64,000 nucleotides of DNA from an uncultured Syntrophomonadaceae bacterium (GCA_964441025.1 CAYTXG010000003.1:63527-127526); one strand, 5' to 3'. Positions 1-9,943 are shown, counted from the stretch's first letter. A program made the numbers and translations. The notes: generated by a model from the letters alone, not told the origin.

Positions 1-1306
1 CCGGCGGGATCCCGTCCAGCATGAAACGGCCCAGGGTCTTGTTGTCAAATGACCTTGACCGCTCCCCCTGCAGCACATGGATCTCCACGCTCGTCTGGTT
101 GTCGGCGGCAGTGGAAAAGATCTGTTTTTTGTTTGCCGGAATGGTGGTGTTGCGATCAATAATCCTGGTGAAGACATTGCCCAGCGTTTCAATACCCAGG
201 GAGAGCGGGGTCACGTCGAGCAGCAGGATATCCTTGGCCTCACCGGCCAGCACCGCTGCCTGGTAGGCGGCGCCCAGGGCCACCACCTCGTCGGGATTAA
301 CCCCCTTATGGGGCTCCTTGCCCAGAAGTTTGCGGATGGCCTCCTGGACCGCCGGAATGCGCGTTGAACCGCCCACAAGAATGATGTCGTCAATCTGATC
401 CGGTTCCAGGCCGGCGTCGGAGAGCGCCTGGCGGGTCGGCCCCATAGTTTTCTCAACAAGATCGGCGGTAAGCTCCTCGAACTTGGCCCGCGTCAGGGTC
501 ATCTCGAGATGCTTCGGCCCCGCCTGCGTTGCAGTGATAAAGGGGAGATTTAGATCTGTGGAGGTTACCGAGGAGAGCTCCACTTTTGCTTTCTCCGCCG
601 CCTCCTTGAGACGCTGCAGGGCCATCCGGTCCTGAAGCAGATCGATCCCCTGATCTTTTTTGAATTCGGCGGCCACGTAATTCATGATCCGCTCGTCAAA
701 ATCGTCGCCCCCCAGGCGGTTGTTGCCGCTGGTGGCCAGAACCTCAACCACATTGTCACCCAGCTCCAGCAGGGAAACATCAAAGGTGCCGCCTCCGAGG
801 TCAAACACGAGGATCTTCTGCTCACCTTTTTTGTCCAGGCCGTAAGCAAGAGCCGCGGCTGTAGGTTCATTGATAATCCGCAGCACTTCCAGCCCGGCTA
901 TGGTCCCGGCATCTTTCGTGGCCTGACGCTGGCTGTCGCTGAAGTAGGCCGGCACAGTAACCACCGCCCGGGTAACACTCTCCCCCAGATAATTTTCAGC
1001 ATCGGTTTTCAGTTTCTGCAGAATCATCGCGGCTATCTCCTGGGGGGTGAACTTCTTGCCGTCAATGTCTACCTGGTGCCCCGTCCCCATTTCCCGCTTG
1101 ATGGAGAGAACGGTCTTCTCGGGATTTGTGATGGCCTGCCTTTTAGCCACCTGCCCCACCAGCCGCTGGCCGTCCTTGGTAAAGGCCACCACTGACGAGG
1201 TCAGACGGCTCCCCTCGGCGTTCGGTATTATTTCAGGTTCGCTTCCCATGAGCGCTGCAATGGCCGAATTTGTCGTGCCCAGATCAATCCCAACTACTTT
1301 ACCCAT
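1..1306 (-). CDS. dnaK: Molecular chaperone DnaK (Hsp70), N-terminal ~435 codons; 3' end runs off the window start
   Basis: Reverse translation from 1306 gives [15 protein letters not shown]... and near position 1 gives ...[25 protein letters not shown] upstream. Missing from the ORF track because no stop codon lies inside the window. Confidence 0.9.
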   Translation of the reverse strand, partial: MGKVVGIDLGTTNSAIAALMGSEPEIIPNAEGSRLTSSVVAFTKDGQRLVGQVAKRQAITNPEKTVLSIKREMGTGHQVDIDGKKFTPQEIAAMILQKLKTDAENYLGESVTRAVVTVPAYFSDSQRQATKDAGTIAGLEVLRIINEPTAAALAYGLDKKGEQKILVFDLGGGTFDVSLLELGDNVVEVLATSGNNRLGGDDFDERIMNYVAAEFKKDQGIDLLQDRMALQRLKEAAEKAKVELSSVTSTDLNLPFITATQAGPKHLEMTLTRAKFEELTADLVEKTMGPTRQALSDAGLEPDQIDDIILVGGSTRIPAVQEAIRKLLGKEPHKGVNPDEVVALGAAYQAAVLAGEAKDILLLDVTPLSLGIETLGNVFTRIIDRNTTIPANKKQIFSTAADNQTSVEIHVLQGERSRSFDNKTLGRFMLDGIPP

Positions 1307-1353
1307 CCCAAATACCTCCTTTAAAATTCGCAGTTGTTATTCTGTATTTGTAT

Positions 1354-1986
1354 TTAGCATTGCCCCTGCATTACCTTAACTTTGGTGTGGCGCAGAACTC
1401 GATCTTTGTAAAGATAGCCTTTTTCAAGCTCCTCCACCACGCTGCCCGGATCGCCCTCGCCTGACGCAATTTGCATCACGGCATCATGGTAATGGGGATC
1501 AAACTGCTTTCCCACAGCCTCGATCTCAACAACGCCTTCCTGCTCAAGCAACTGCTGCAGCTGTTTCCGGATCATTAACAGCCCCTGAAGGTATGACTCC
1601 GGGACGCTCTCATCGTCAGAAGCCGTTATCTGGGCCCTCTCCAGATTGTCAAGAACGGGCAGCAGCCTTTTCAAAAAATCTGAAAGGCCGTATGCCCTGA
1701 TCTCCTCTTCCCTCATCCGGCTGATACGGCGAAAATTTTCGAGATCGGCCTGCTTCCGCTGAGCCAGGCAGATGAGTTCATCCTTTTCGCGGGCCCAGGC
1801 TGCTTCTGCAACATGAGATTCCGACCCGCCCGGGGCCGTCTCCGCACTGCCGCCGCTTTCCTGCGCCGCCCCTGCGGCGGAGCCCTCTGCTGCAGGCGCT
1901 CCAGTTAAATTATCCCCATCCCCTGGAAAAACCCCGGCTGCATTTTCCGGATTGGCGGCATCCTTTTTCTCCTTTTCCATAACCAT
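1354..1986 (-). CDS. grpE: Nucleotide exchange factor GrpE
   Basis: 210 aa. Contains LENFRRISRMREEEIRAYGLSDFLKRLLPVLDNLERA, typical of GrpE. Lies between hrcA and dnaK as in the Firmicute hrcA-grpE-dnaK operon. Confidence 0.9.
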   Translation of the reverse strand: MVMEKEKKDAANPENAAGVFPGDGDNLTGAPAAEGSAAGAAQESGGSAETAPGGSESHVAEAAWAREKDELICLAQRKQADLENFRRISRMREEEIRAYGLSDFLKRLLPVLDNLERAQITASDDESVPESYLQGLLMIRKQLQQLLEQEGVVEIEAVGKQFDPHYHDAVMQIASGEGDPGSVVEELEKGYLYKDRVLRHTKVKVMQGQC

Positions 1987-2020
1987 GCTCCTGTTCCTCT
2001 ATGATTTGACCGTCCAACGG

Positions 2021-3058
2021 CTAGAGATCGGAACTCAGCGTCCTGTTAAGCTGATCCACCAGGCGGTGCAAGACGGCGATAATCCAGCGGTAGTTCATCC
2101 GTGTGGGCCCGAGCACTCCCACGGTGCCGATAACCCGCTCATCGATCTTGTAAGCGGCCGTAATCAGGCTGCACTCGTGAATATCCTTGCACTCATTTTC
2201 CGTACCGATTTTAACTACTATGCCTTCTTCAGACAAGCCTTTTTCCAAAATTTCAAATAAAAGTGATTCCTGCTCAAACAGGGAGAGCATCCGGTGGATT
2301 TTTTCCACGCTTTTAAATTCCGGCTGGTTCAGAATATTGGTGGTCCCCCCCAAAAATACCCGGGCCTGCTGCTCCTCCCTGAGGCTCTCTTCCAGCAAAA
2401 TAAAAGCCTGCTCCAGAATCTCAAGACGCCTGAAAAGATCGCGCTTCAGTTCGTTTATCAGCGAGGTGGTAACCTGATCGATAGTCAGCCCGAAAAGCTT
2501 CTGGTTGAGGTAAGTGACAACCTGGTGCAGCTCCGCCGGGGAGAGACTCTGGTTCAGCTCGATAACCTTGTTCTTGATAAAACCGCTTTCAGTAATCAGC
2601 ACCACCAGCCCCCTGTTCTCGTCAAGGGGCAGAATCCGCATCTGTTGAAAAGTGCTTTTCTGAAATTGCGGCCCCATGATCAGGGTAGTCTGGTTTGTCA
2701 CCGAAGAGAGAACCCTTACCGCATTGGAGATGATCTGCTCTATTTCCCGCATCTTTTCAAGGCTTAAGGAGCGGCTGATGGAGCGTTCCTCTTCATCACC
2801 AAGTTTGCCCCTGGCCATGAGATGATCCACATAATAACGGTAACCTCTTTGGGAGGGGATGCGCCCGGCAGAGGTGTGCGGCTGTTCCAGGTAGCCCATT
2901 TCCTCAAGATCGGCCATTTCATTGCGTATTGTTGCTGAGCTCAGCCCCATGCGGTAAGCGCGGGCTACCGTTCGCGAGCCCACGGGGTCAGCCGTCTGAA
3001 TATGATTGGCCACAACAGCATGCAGAATCTGCTTTTTTCTCTCGTTAAGAATCTCCAT
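2021..3058 (-). CDS. hrcA: Heat-inducible transcription repressor HrcA
   Basis: The ORF matches HrcA (MEILNERKKQILHAVV...PVGSRTVA...). The start is placed at the internal Met at 3058, because the track start at 3094 would overlap the CIRCE operator. Confidence 0.85.
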   Translation of the reverse strand: MEILNERKKQILHAVVANHIQTADPVGSRTVARAYRMGLSSATIRNEMADLEEMGYLEQPHTSAGRIPSQRGYRYYVDHLMARGKLGDEEERSISRSLSLEKMREIEQIISNAVRVLSSVTNQTTLIMGPQFQKSTFQQMRILPLDENRGLVVLITESGFIKNKVIELNQSLSPAELHQVVTYLNQKLFGLTIDQVTTSLINELKRDLFRRLEILEQAFILLEESLREEQQARVFLGGTTNILNQPEFKSVEKIHRMLSLFEQESLLFEILEKGLSEEGIVVKIGTENECKDIHECSLITAAYKIDERVIGTVGVLGPTRMNYRWIIAVLHRLVDQLNRTLSSDL

Positions 3059-3083
3059 CTGCCGTCCCCCCTTTGCCGCGGTG

Positions 3084-3110
3084 TTAGCACTCACGGATGA
3101 AGAGTGCTAA
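3084..3110. promoter_or_regulatory. CIRCE operator (HrcA binding site): TTAGCACTC-N9-GAGTGCTAA
   Basis: Perfect inverted repeat TTAGCACTCACGGATGAAGAGTGCTAA, 26 nt upstream of the hrcA start. Confidence 0.9.
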
Positions 3111-3120
3111 TCTCTCTAAC

Positions 3121-3149
3121 AAAATATCATCCGGCCGGGGTTTTGTCAA
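3121..3149 (-). promoter_or_regulatory. Sigma-A type promoter of the hrcA operon (TTGACA-17-TATTTT), just upstream of CIRCE
   Basis: Minus-strand reading: cTTGACAaaaccccggccggatgaTATTTTgttagagagaTTAGCACTC. Confidence 0.5.
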
Positions 3150-3162
3150 GGATTTTATCCCT

Positions 3163-3423
3163 TTATGTTGCACCGGAGGGGCGAAGCAGCCTGTCCCACC
3201 ATTGCCGTAGCGCGGCGCAGAGTTCGCCCGTATGCAGGCAGGTTGATCTGCCAGCAAAAGTAATCACCAGAGCCTCCTGAGGACCCATCCGGATAGAGAA
3301 AGCCTCATGATTGCACTCGCAGGACAGCAGACCTGTAATGCCCAGCTCGGCAAGGTTGAGGCCGGCGTAAACAAGTGCGGCGGCAAGCAGCAGAGCTGCC
3401 AGAGAAATGGTTAATTCGCGCAT
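3163..3423 (-). CDS. Small hypothetical membrane or signal-peptide protein (86 aa)
   Basis: ATG start with a G-rich RBS. Hydrophobic N-terminus MRELTISLAALLLAAALVYAGL. No recognisable family. Confidence 0.3.
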   Translation of the reverse strand: MRELTISLAALLLAAALVYAGLNLAELGITGLLSCECNHEAFSIRMGPQEALVITFAGRSTCLHTGELCAALRQWWDRLLRPSGAT

Positions 3424-3484
3424 GAGATCTGCCCCCCGGGTACAGTCGATCCCTATTAACTTTTACGTAAAGGGTTTGGAATAT

Positions 3485-4696
3485 TCAATCCCGCATAAAA
3501 AAGATGTAGTAGGTGCGGGCCAGGGCCTCGGCAAGGTAAGGGAGGGAGCGCAGCGCCTCATCAATACTGTTTTCATGGCCGCCCACTTCGATCAGCAGAG
3601 CACAGGGGTGCAGGTCCTGGTTATAGGTAAAATTTCGCTCATAAAGGCCTCTGGAAAGGCCCGGTAAAACTGCCTCCAGTTCTTTATCCAGGACCAGGGC
3701 CAGCCGCAGGTTTTCCTGGTACAGGGGGTTATGGCTGCCGACAACGAGGAGGATCGCTGCATAGTCCTCCCCCCCCAGCCTGGCTGTGGTCTTGTCCCTG
3801 GCGACGCCGTCGCGGTGCAAATCGATGATCATCTTGATCCCGCTGTTGCCGGCAAGTTTCCCCTCGATCACCGGTCGGATCTTGCTGTAGGAATAACTCC
3901 GCGGCTGATCATAAACACCGCAATGGTGGAGCACCTGCAGACCGTAGTTTTCCTCGAGCAGCCTCACCAGCTTTTCGCCAACGGTGACAACAGTACCGCC
4001 TGATGAAGCGGGATCCCCGGAAGAGACAATAAAAGCCTCGCTGGCGTGAGTGTGAAAAAGTAAAATCGGTGCGTCTCCGTAATCCGGAATCGGAAAGGGA
4101 AAGAGCGAGCCTCCCCAGGGGGGGGCAGCCGGATCAGCAGGCTGAACCGGTAAGTCCGGCTCACTGCCGCCCGGTGCATCGGCGGAGGGCGAGCACTGCA
4201 CCGGCAGGGAAACCCGGGGGGCCCCCCCAAGCTCAAGCTCCAGAACAGTGCAGGGATCGCGGGGATCAATGCCCGTCAGGAAGCGCACCATCACGCAGAT
4301 AGACCCGTAAATCTGCCCGTCACCGGAAAAGGGGGGCGGCTCGAGACCCGGTATTTCATATCCCAGAATCTGCTGTAAAAAACGGGAGTACGGACTATCC
4401 GCACTCCGCCACCCGGGCTCACGCTTATCGCCCGGCTCAGGAGAGCCCGGCGCCTGCTGAAGAACCGGAGGCCGGATCAAACCGCAGTAGCTAAGCAGAA
4501 GCAGGAGCAGAAGCAGCGTCGCGGCGGCAACGATCTTCTGTCGCCGCGACAGTGTTGGGACAGCTTTCTGCCTGCGCTTGCTTCTCCTTCCGACAAAAAC
4601 ATAGGCCCCACCCCGGCTTTTTCGCCCGGGGGTGCCCCGCCGGTCCGGCGGGCTCGTCCGTCCCGGCCTCCCTGTGATTGTTTTACGATTCAACAA
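3485..4696 (-). CDS. spoIIP: Stage II sporulation protein P (SpoIIP), TTG start
   Basis: Motifs FHTHASEAF and IDLHRDG, and a C-terminal MurNAc-amidase-like domain. Poly-Leu transmembrane segment. GGAGGAG RBS then TTG. Neighbours hrcA as in Bacillus. Confidence 0.8.
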   Translation of the reverse strand: MLNRKTITGRPGRTSPPDRRGTPGRKSRGGAYVFVGRRSKRRQKAVPTLSRRQKIVAAATLLLLLLLLSYCGLIRPPVLQQAPGSPEPGDKREPGWRSADSPYSRFLQQILGYEIPGLEPPPFSGDGQIYGSICVMVRFLTGIDPRDPCTVLELELGGAPRVSLPVQCSPSADAPGGSEPDLPVQPADPAAPPWGGSLFPFPIPDYGDAPILLFHTHASEAFIVSSGDPASSGGTVVTVGEKLVRLLEENYGLQVLHHCGVYDQPRSYSYSKIRPVIEGKLAGNSGIKMIIDLHRDGVARDKTTARLGGEDYAAILLVVGSHNPLYQENLRLALVLDKELEAVLPGLSRGLYERNFTYNQDLHPCALLIEVGGHENSIDEALRSLPYLAEALARTYYIFFMRD

Positions 4697-4790
4697 ATCT
4701 CCTCCGCCGGCTGCAGAATAATTAAATATATGCGGAGGAAAAATTATTTATGCGGTGGGCTGGACAGGCTCAGGAACAGGATCGGCTCTT

Positions 4791-5156
4791 CTACACCTCC
4801 CCGCGGTAGCGCTTTATCGCATCTTTCAGCGCATCGGCAGCCAGGTTGGAGCAGTGCATTTTCAGCGGCGGCAGCCCGCCCAGTTCGCGGGCGACAGCTT
4901 CGTTCGTCACCTGCTGTGCCTCATCCAGGGTCTTCCCCTTGATCATTTCCGTAAGCATGCTGCTGCTGGCAATGGCGGCACCGCAGCCGAAGGTCTGGAA
5001 TGTAACATCGATGATCTTTCCTTTTTCGATCTTCAGGAAGATCTTCATCGTGTCACCGCATTTGAAGCTTCCAGCCTCTCCGACAACATCCGGATCGGAC
5101 ATCGCCCCCACATTGCGCGGGTTGGTGAAATGATCGATTACTTTATCATTGTACAT
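4791..5156 (-). CDS. nifU: Fe-S cluster assembly scaffold protein NifU/IscU
   Basis: MYNDKVIDHFTNPRNVG...GDTMKIFL...GCGAAIASSS...HCSNLAADAL. GGAGGT RBS before the internal ATG. The track start at 5222 is too far upstream. Confidence 0.85.
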   Translation of the reverse strand: MYNDKVIDHFTNPRNVGAMSDPDVVGEAGSFKCGDTMKIFLKIEKGKIIDVTFQTFGCGAAIASSSMLTEMIKGKTLDEAQQVTNEAVARELGGLPPLKMHCSNLAADALKDAIKRYRGEV

Positions 5157-5172
5157 TCTGCAGTACCTCCTT

Positions 5173-6339
5173 TTAGCTCTGCCCGGGATAAAGCGCAGAC
5201 ATCCTGCGCAGCCTCCCTGCAAGGGGCGAAATCACAGCCAGAAGAGATTCCACATCTGCGTCACTGTTACCCAGGCCCAGGGTCAACCTCAGGGAACCGC
5301 GGGCAAGCTGCTGCTCCTGACCCATGGCCAGCAGGACATGCGAAGGCTCCAGGGAGCCCGAGGTGCAGGCGGAGCCGCTGGAGGCGGCAATCCCCTCCAG
5401 ATCCAGCCCCAGAAGCAGCGCTTCACCCTCGATATAATTGAAGCTTACATTGACATTGCCCGGCAGGCGGGATGTTGGATGCCCGTTAAGAACAACATCG
5501 CCCATCTCAAGAAGCCCCGCAATAAGCCTGTCCCGCAGCGCCCGCAGGCGCTCACTCTTATGGGGCATCTCCTCAACAGCCAACTCCAGGGCACGCGCCA
5601 GTCCCACAATGCCGGCGACATTCTCGGTGCCCGGGCGCATCCCCCGTTCCTGGCCGCCCCCGCGGTAAAGCGGCGCCGGAGAAATATTTTGGCGGACGTA
5701 CAGAGCGCCCACGCCCTTGGGTCCGTTAAACTTATGCGCAGAAAGGGAGAGCAGGTCAATGTTCATCTCGCGGACATCCATGGGAATCTGGCCCACCGCC
5801 TGAACGGCATCGGTGTGAAAAATGATCCCTCGCTCCCGGGCCAGCGCCCCAACAGCGGCCACAGGTTCAATTGTGCCCACTTCGTTGTTGGCCGTCATGA
5901 TGGAGATAAGAAATGTCTCCGGTGTCAGCGCCTGTTTTATACTTTCAGGATCAACTGCGCCGCAGCGGTCCACCGGCAAAAATGTCACCTTGAACCCTTC
6001 ACCGGCAAGCTCCCTGCAGACGTCAAAAACAGCGTGGTGCTCTATGGAGGAGGTGATCAGGTGCCCCTTTTTCTTCTGCTGCAGCGCCGTGCCCTTGATG
6101 GCGATGTTGTTTGCCTCTGTTCCTCCCGAGGTAAAAAATATTTCCTCACTGCCGGCGCCCAGGGCCAGTGCTGTCTTCTCCCGCGCCAGGGCAACGGCCG
6201 AGCGGGCCTCCCGGCCCGCAGAATGCATGCTGGAGGGATTGCCAAATATCCCCTGCAGGTAGGGGAGCATGGCTTCCAGCACCTCTTCACGCAGCGGCGT
6301 TGTAGCCGCATGATCCAGGTAGATCTGCCCTTTCGGCAA
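5173..6339 (-). CDS. nifS: Cysteine desulfurase (NifS/IscS family)
   Basis: 388 aa. YLDHAATTP..., a PLP-binding lysine region (SAHKFNGPKG), and C-terminal SSGSACTS with the active-site Cys. Confidence 0.9.
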   Translation of the reverse strand: MPKGQIYLDHAATTPLREEVLEAMLPYLQGIFGNPSSMHSAGREARSAVALAREKTALALGAGSEEIFFTSGGTEANNIAIKGTALQQKKKGHLITSSIEHHAVFDVCRELAGEGFKVTFLPVDRCGAVDPESIKQALTPETFLISIMTANNEVGTIEPVAAVGALARERGIIFHTDAVQAVGQIPMDVREMNIDLLSLSAHKFNGPKGVGALYVRQNISPAPLYRGGGQERGMRPGTENVAGIVGLARALELAVEEMPHKSERLRALRDRLIAGLLEMGDVVLNGHPTSRLPGNVNVSFNYIEGEALLLGLDLEGIAASSGSACTSGSLEPSHVLLAMGQEQQLARGSLRLTLGLGNSDADVESLLAVISPLAGRLRRMSALYPGQS

Positions 6340-6368
6340 AATGCAAACCTCCTTCCCGGTTCACCGGT

Positions 6369-6803
6369 CTATTCACTGAATATGCCCGCCTCTGTTCCGA
6401 TCAGATCCTCCAGGTAAACGCTGTCAAGGACCTCGTTGATCCGGTCCCGCAGTTTTTCCCAGACATGGCGGGTCCTGCAGGCTTCGCCGCGGTGGCAGCG
6501 CAGCTCCCGCCCTTCATGCTCAGCAAGACAATTCACCGGAACAATGGGGCCTTCCACGGCACGCACTATATCTCCCACATTGATCTGCCCCGGCGGCCGC
6601 AGCAGATAGTAACCCCCCCTGGCGCCCCTGACACTGCCGATAAGCCCGGCTTTGCGCAAATCGGGAAATATCTGTTCAAGAAAATGAAAGGATATCCCCT
6701 CGCTTTTTGCAATCTCCCGCAGCGGAAGCGGGCCCAGGCGATCATGAAGAGCAAGCACAGCCATAGCCCGAACACCATACTCCACCCTGGCTGACAGCTT
6801 CAA
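6369..6803 (-). CDS. Rrf2-family transcriptional regulator (IscR-like), TTG start
   Basis: (M)KLSARVEYGVRAMAVLA... with Rrf2 HTH. GGAGGAG RBS 7 nt before TTG at 6803. Heads the Rrf2-nifS-nifU operon. Confidence 0.8.
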   Translation of the reverse strand: MKLSARVEYGVRAMAVLALHDRLGPLPLREIAKSEGISFHFLEQIFPDLRKAGLIGSVRGARGGYYLLRPPGQINVGDIVRAVEGPIVPVNCLAEHEGRELRCHRGEACRTRHVWEKLRDRINEVLDSVYLEDLIGTEAGIFSE

Positions 6804-7154
6804 AAAATCACTCCTCCAGCTAAATCCTGACTGAAACACTCGGGATTGCCTTTAAAAAAAAGCACTCCTGCTTTCTGGTAAAAATAATAGCACCGCTTTT
6901 CAGCGCTGTCAAGGGCACATACCGTGTGCTTTCCAAGCCGGTACAGAGAGGAACCTTCCCCGCCGGGGCTTCTGTTCCCACCGGGCCGCCAATCCGGTTA
7001 AGACCCCTCCCCGGCATTATAATATGCGCCCCCGGCAAAAAGATTCCGCCCCCGCCCCTTCATGGAGATCATCGGGAGGGATAAATTGACCCGGCCGCCC
7101 CACTCTGTTATATTTTAACCAATTGCATAAGCGCGGAAAGAGGGGAACAAAGGC

Positions 7155-9077
7155 ATGCCTGACAACGTAGCGGTAAAAATACTGAAAGAACACCTTGTTA
7201 GCGGCCGGCTGCGGCAGGGAGAGGAGATCGCCATCCGCATCGACCAGACGCTGACGCAGGATGCCACCGGCACCATGGCCTGTCTACAGTTTGAAGCGCT
7301 GGGCAGATCGCGGGTCAGCACCGAACTCTCAGTAAGCTACATTGATCACAACACCATCCAGGGCAGCTTCGAAAACGCCGATGACCACCGTTACCTGCAA
7401 TCAACGGCAGCCCGCTACGGAATCCACTTTTCCCGCCCCGGCAATGGGATCTGCCACCAGGTTCACCTGGAGCGCTTTGGCATTCCGGGGAAAACCCTTC
7501 TCGGCTCGGACAGCCATACACCCACGGGGGGCGGCCTGGGTATGCTGGCCATCGGTGCTGGAGGGCTGGATATAGCGGTAGCCATGGCCGGCTCCCCTTA
7601 CTATCTGAACATGCCGGGAGTGCTCCGGGTAAAACTCATGGGAGCGCTGCCTCCCTGGTGCGGAGCCAAGGATGTAATCCTGGAGCTGCTCCGCCGCCTC
7701 ACCGTTAAGGGAGGTGTGGGCCGGATTATCGAGTACGGCGGCCCGGGTGCAGCCCTGCTGACGGTCCCCCAGCGGGCCACGATCACCAATATGGGCGCCG
7801 AACTGGGAGCAACCTCCTCCATATTCCCCAGCGATGAGCAAACCCGAAGTTTTCTTTCCTCCCAGGGGCGAGGGGGGGCCTGGAGAGAGCTGCAGGCTGA
7901 TCCGGACGCCCTTTATGACGATGAGATCACCCTTGAGCTGGACAAACTTGAGCCGCTGGCAGCCTGCCCGCACAGCCCCGATGCAGTCAAATCCCTCCGC
8001 GAAATTGGCCCCCTCCCTGTGGACCAGGTCGCCATCGGCAGCTGCACAAATTCCTCTTTTCAGGATCTGCTCCTCGTTGCGGAGATGCTGGAGGGTAAAA
8101 CCGTCCACAGGCGCGTCAGCCTGGTGATCGCGCCCGGTTCGCGCCAGGTTTTATTGATGCTGGCGCGCAGTGGAGCCCTTGAGAAGCTGATTGCCGCGGG
8201 GGCAAGGGTTCTCGAACCGGCCTGCGGCCCCTGCATCGGGATGGGACAGGCCCCTCCCTCGGGCTCCCTGTCGGTGCGCACATTCAACAGAAATTTTCAG
8301 GGGCGCTGCGGCACGGCAGATGCATCGGTTTATCTCACCGGCCCGGCGGCGGCGGCAGCGGCAGCCCTGCGCGGCTGCCTCACCGATCCCCGGGCACTGG
8401 GAGAACCTCCGGAGCTGCCTGAGGCGCCGCCGCCCATAATAGATGATAATATGATCATCAGCCCGCCTGAAAACAGCGGCAAAGTGGAGATTGTCCGCGG
8501 CCCCAATATCAAGCCTCTGCCCCTGAACAACCCCCTGACAGGCGATCTATCCATGACCCTCCTGCTGAAGACAGGGGATCATGTTACCACCGATCAGATC
8601 ATGCCCGCCGGGGCCGGGGTTTTACCTTTGCGCTCAAATATTCCGGCGATAAGCGAGTATGTTTTTGCGCCCCTTGATCAGAGTTTCTCCCGGCGGGCCC
8701 GGAAAGCCGGCAGCGGGCTCGTTGTCGGCGGAGAGAATTACGGCCAGGGCTCGAGCCGGGAGCATGCCGCTCTGGCGCCCATGTATCTCGGAGTAAAGGC
8801 GGTCCTGGCGAAGTCTTTTGCCCGGATCCACCATACCAACCTGGTCAATTTTGGGATCATCCCCCTGATTTTTCAATCCCCGGCCGACTATGATCTGCTG
8901 CAGCAGGATGATTGCCTGGTAATCAAAAACGTGCATGAACAGCTGGCCGGGGGGAGCATCACCATCACCAACTGCACCCGGGGCTGCTCTTTTACGGTAA
9001 GGCATGAACTCTCGCCGCGCCAGCTCGGGATAATCAAGGCGGGCGGGCTCTTATTGGAGGTTGGAGGTCGGAAGTAG
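7155..9077 (+). CDS. Aconitate hydratase (640-aa 'putative/Aquifex-type' aconitase family)
   Basis: N-terminus KILKEHLVSG...IDQTLTQDATGTMA. Cluster ligand region LGSDSHTPTGGGLGMLAIG and CGPCIGMG. C-terminal swivel domain GENYGQGSSREHAA. Confidence 0.85.
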   Translation: MPDNVAVKILKEHLVSGRLRQGEEIAIRIDQTLTQDATGTMACLQFEALGRSRVSTELSVSYIDHNTIQGSFENADDHRYLQSTAARYGIHFSRPGNGICHQVHLERFGIPGKTLLGSDSHTPTGGGLGMLAIGAGGLDIAVAMAGSPYYLNMPGVLRVKLMGALPPWCGAKDVILELLRRLTVKGGVGRIIEYGGPGAALLTVPQRATITNMGAELGATSSIFPSDEQTRSFLSSQGRGGAWRELQADPDALYDDEITLELDKLEPLAACPHSPDAVKSLREIGPLPVDQVAIGSCTNSSFQDLLLVAEMLEGKTVHRRVSLVIAPGSRQVLLMLARSGALEKLIAAGARVLEPACGPCIGMGQAPPSGSLSVRTFNRNFQGRCGTADASVYLTGPAAAAAAALRGCLTDPRALGEPPELPEAPPPIIDDNMIISPPENSGKVEIVRGPNIKPLPLNNPLTGDLSMTLLLKTGDHVTTDQIMPAGAGVLPLRSNIPAISEYVFAPLDQSFSRRARKAGSGLVVGGENYGQGSSREHAALAPMYLGVKAVLAKSFARIHHTNLVNFGIIPLIFQSPADYDLLQQDDCLVIKNVHEQLAGGSITITNCTRGCSFTVRHELSPRQLGIIKAGGLLLEVGGRK

Positions 9078-9090
9078 GAGGTTGGAAAGG
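9056..9090. repeat. GGAGG-rich 35-nt repeat (copy A) overlapping the aconitase stop codon
   Basis: GGAGGTTGGAGGTCGGAAGTAGGAGGTTGGAAAGG. It is 29/35 identical to the reverse complement of 21131..21166. Confidence 0.5.
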
Positions 9091-9107
9091 CAGGGCAAGG
9101 CTGCGAT

Positions 9108-9500
9108 TTAGTCTCCCGGGATTCTTTTGCCATAGGCGACGGCCACGGCGGCGGCAAAGGGCGGTTCGTGGGTCATGGACAGGGCAATCCGGCTGATGCC
9201 CCCATCAGCGGCCCTGGAGGCGGCACAACCTGAAAGCCGCACCCGGGGCGGCCTGCCGGGTAGTGCGATGATCTCCACATCCTGCCATGACGCCGGGGCA
9301 TAGCCGCATCCTATTGCCTTTAAAACCGCCTCCTTGGCGGCGAAGCGGGCGGCCATGGCCGGGAAAAGAGGGCGCCGCGGCAGAAGCAGAGAGAGCTCGG
9401 CGGTGCTAAAAAGCCGCCTTAAAAAGCGCCGCGGGCGGCGGCGGTAAGCCCGCTCGATCCGGGCTATAGAAACCAGGTCAACACCCACGCCGGCAACCAT
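9108..9500 (-). CDS. acpS: Holo-[acyl-carrier-protein] synthase (AcpS)
   Basis: 130 aa. MVAGVGVDLVSIARIER...FAAKEAVLKAIG. Confidence 0.85.
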   Translation of the reverse strand: MVAGVGVDLVSIARIERAYRRRPRRFLRRLFSTAELSLLLPRRPLFPAMAARFAAKEAVLKAIGCGYAPASWQDVEIIALPGRPPRVRLSGCAASRAADGGISRIALSMTHEPPFAAAVAVAYGKRIPGD

Positions 9501-9672
9501 GAAGCCAACACCTTTCCATTCACCTTTTTAAAATATACCCCAACAGGGGCAGCAGCGCAACATGCCCTTTTTTTCGTTTTTTCTTTATCTTGCATTTATG
9601 CGGATAATATGTTAATGTCGTATCGAAATTCGCCCCGCCGCCGGCAGGGCATTCTAGGAGGTAACGGATTTA

Positions 9673-9870
9673 ATGCAAGGTCGGGTGAAATGGTTTAACC
9701 CTCAAAAAGGGTACGGATTTATCGAGGTAGAGGAAGGAAAAGATGTGTTCGTGCATTACTCGGAAATTAAGGAAGAGGGATTTAAAACCCTGGAAGAAGG
9801 TCAGGAGGTAGAATTCGAAATAGTCGAAGGAAACCGCGGACCCCAGGCTGCAAACGTGACCAAGTTATAG
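9673..9870 (+). CDS. Cold-shock protein (CspA family)
   Basis: 65 aa. [32 protein letters not shown]... Strong AGGAGG RBS. Long 5' UTR with a TTGCAT-17-TAATGT promoter-like sequence. Confidence 0.9.
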   Translation: MQGRVKWFNPQKGYGFIEVEEGKDVFVHYSEIKEEGFKTLEEGQEVEFEIVEGNRGPQAANVTKL

Positions 9871-9912
9871 GTCCGGGCTCACCTGGATCAGAAACTGCCA
9901 GCGTTTGAAACC

Positions 9913-9943
9913 AAAGCCGGTTTAACAACCGGCTTTTTTATTT
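9913..9943 (+). terminator. Rho-independent terminator after csp
   Basis: AAGCCGGTT-TAAC-AACCGGCTT hairpin followed by TTTTTATTT. Confidence 0.6.

Noticed and set aside
5149-6417. 422-aa plus-strand ORF
   Set aside because: Antisense to the well-supported cysteine desulfurase gene. GC-rich, low-complexity Arg/Ala/Gly composition typical of shadow ORFs in high-GC DNA.
7401-8108. 235-aa minus-strand ORF inside aconitase
   Set aside because: Antisense shadow ORF of a strongly supported aconitase reading frame, with no RBS.
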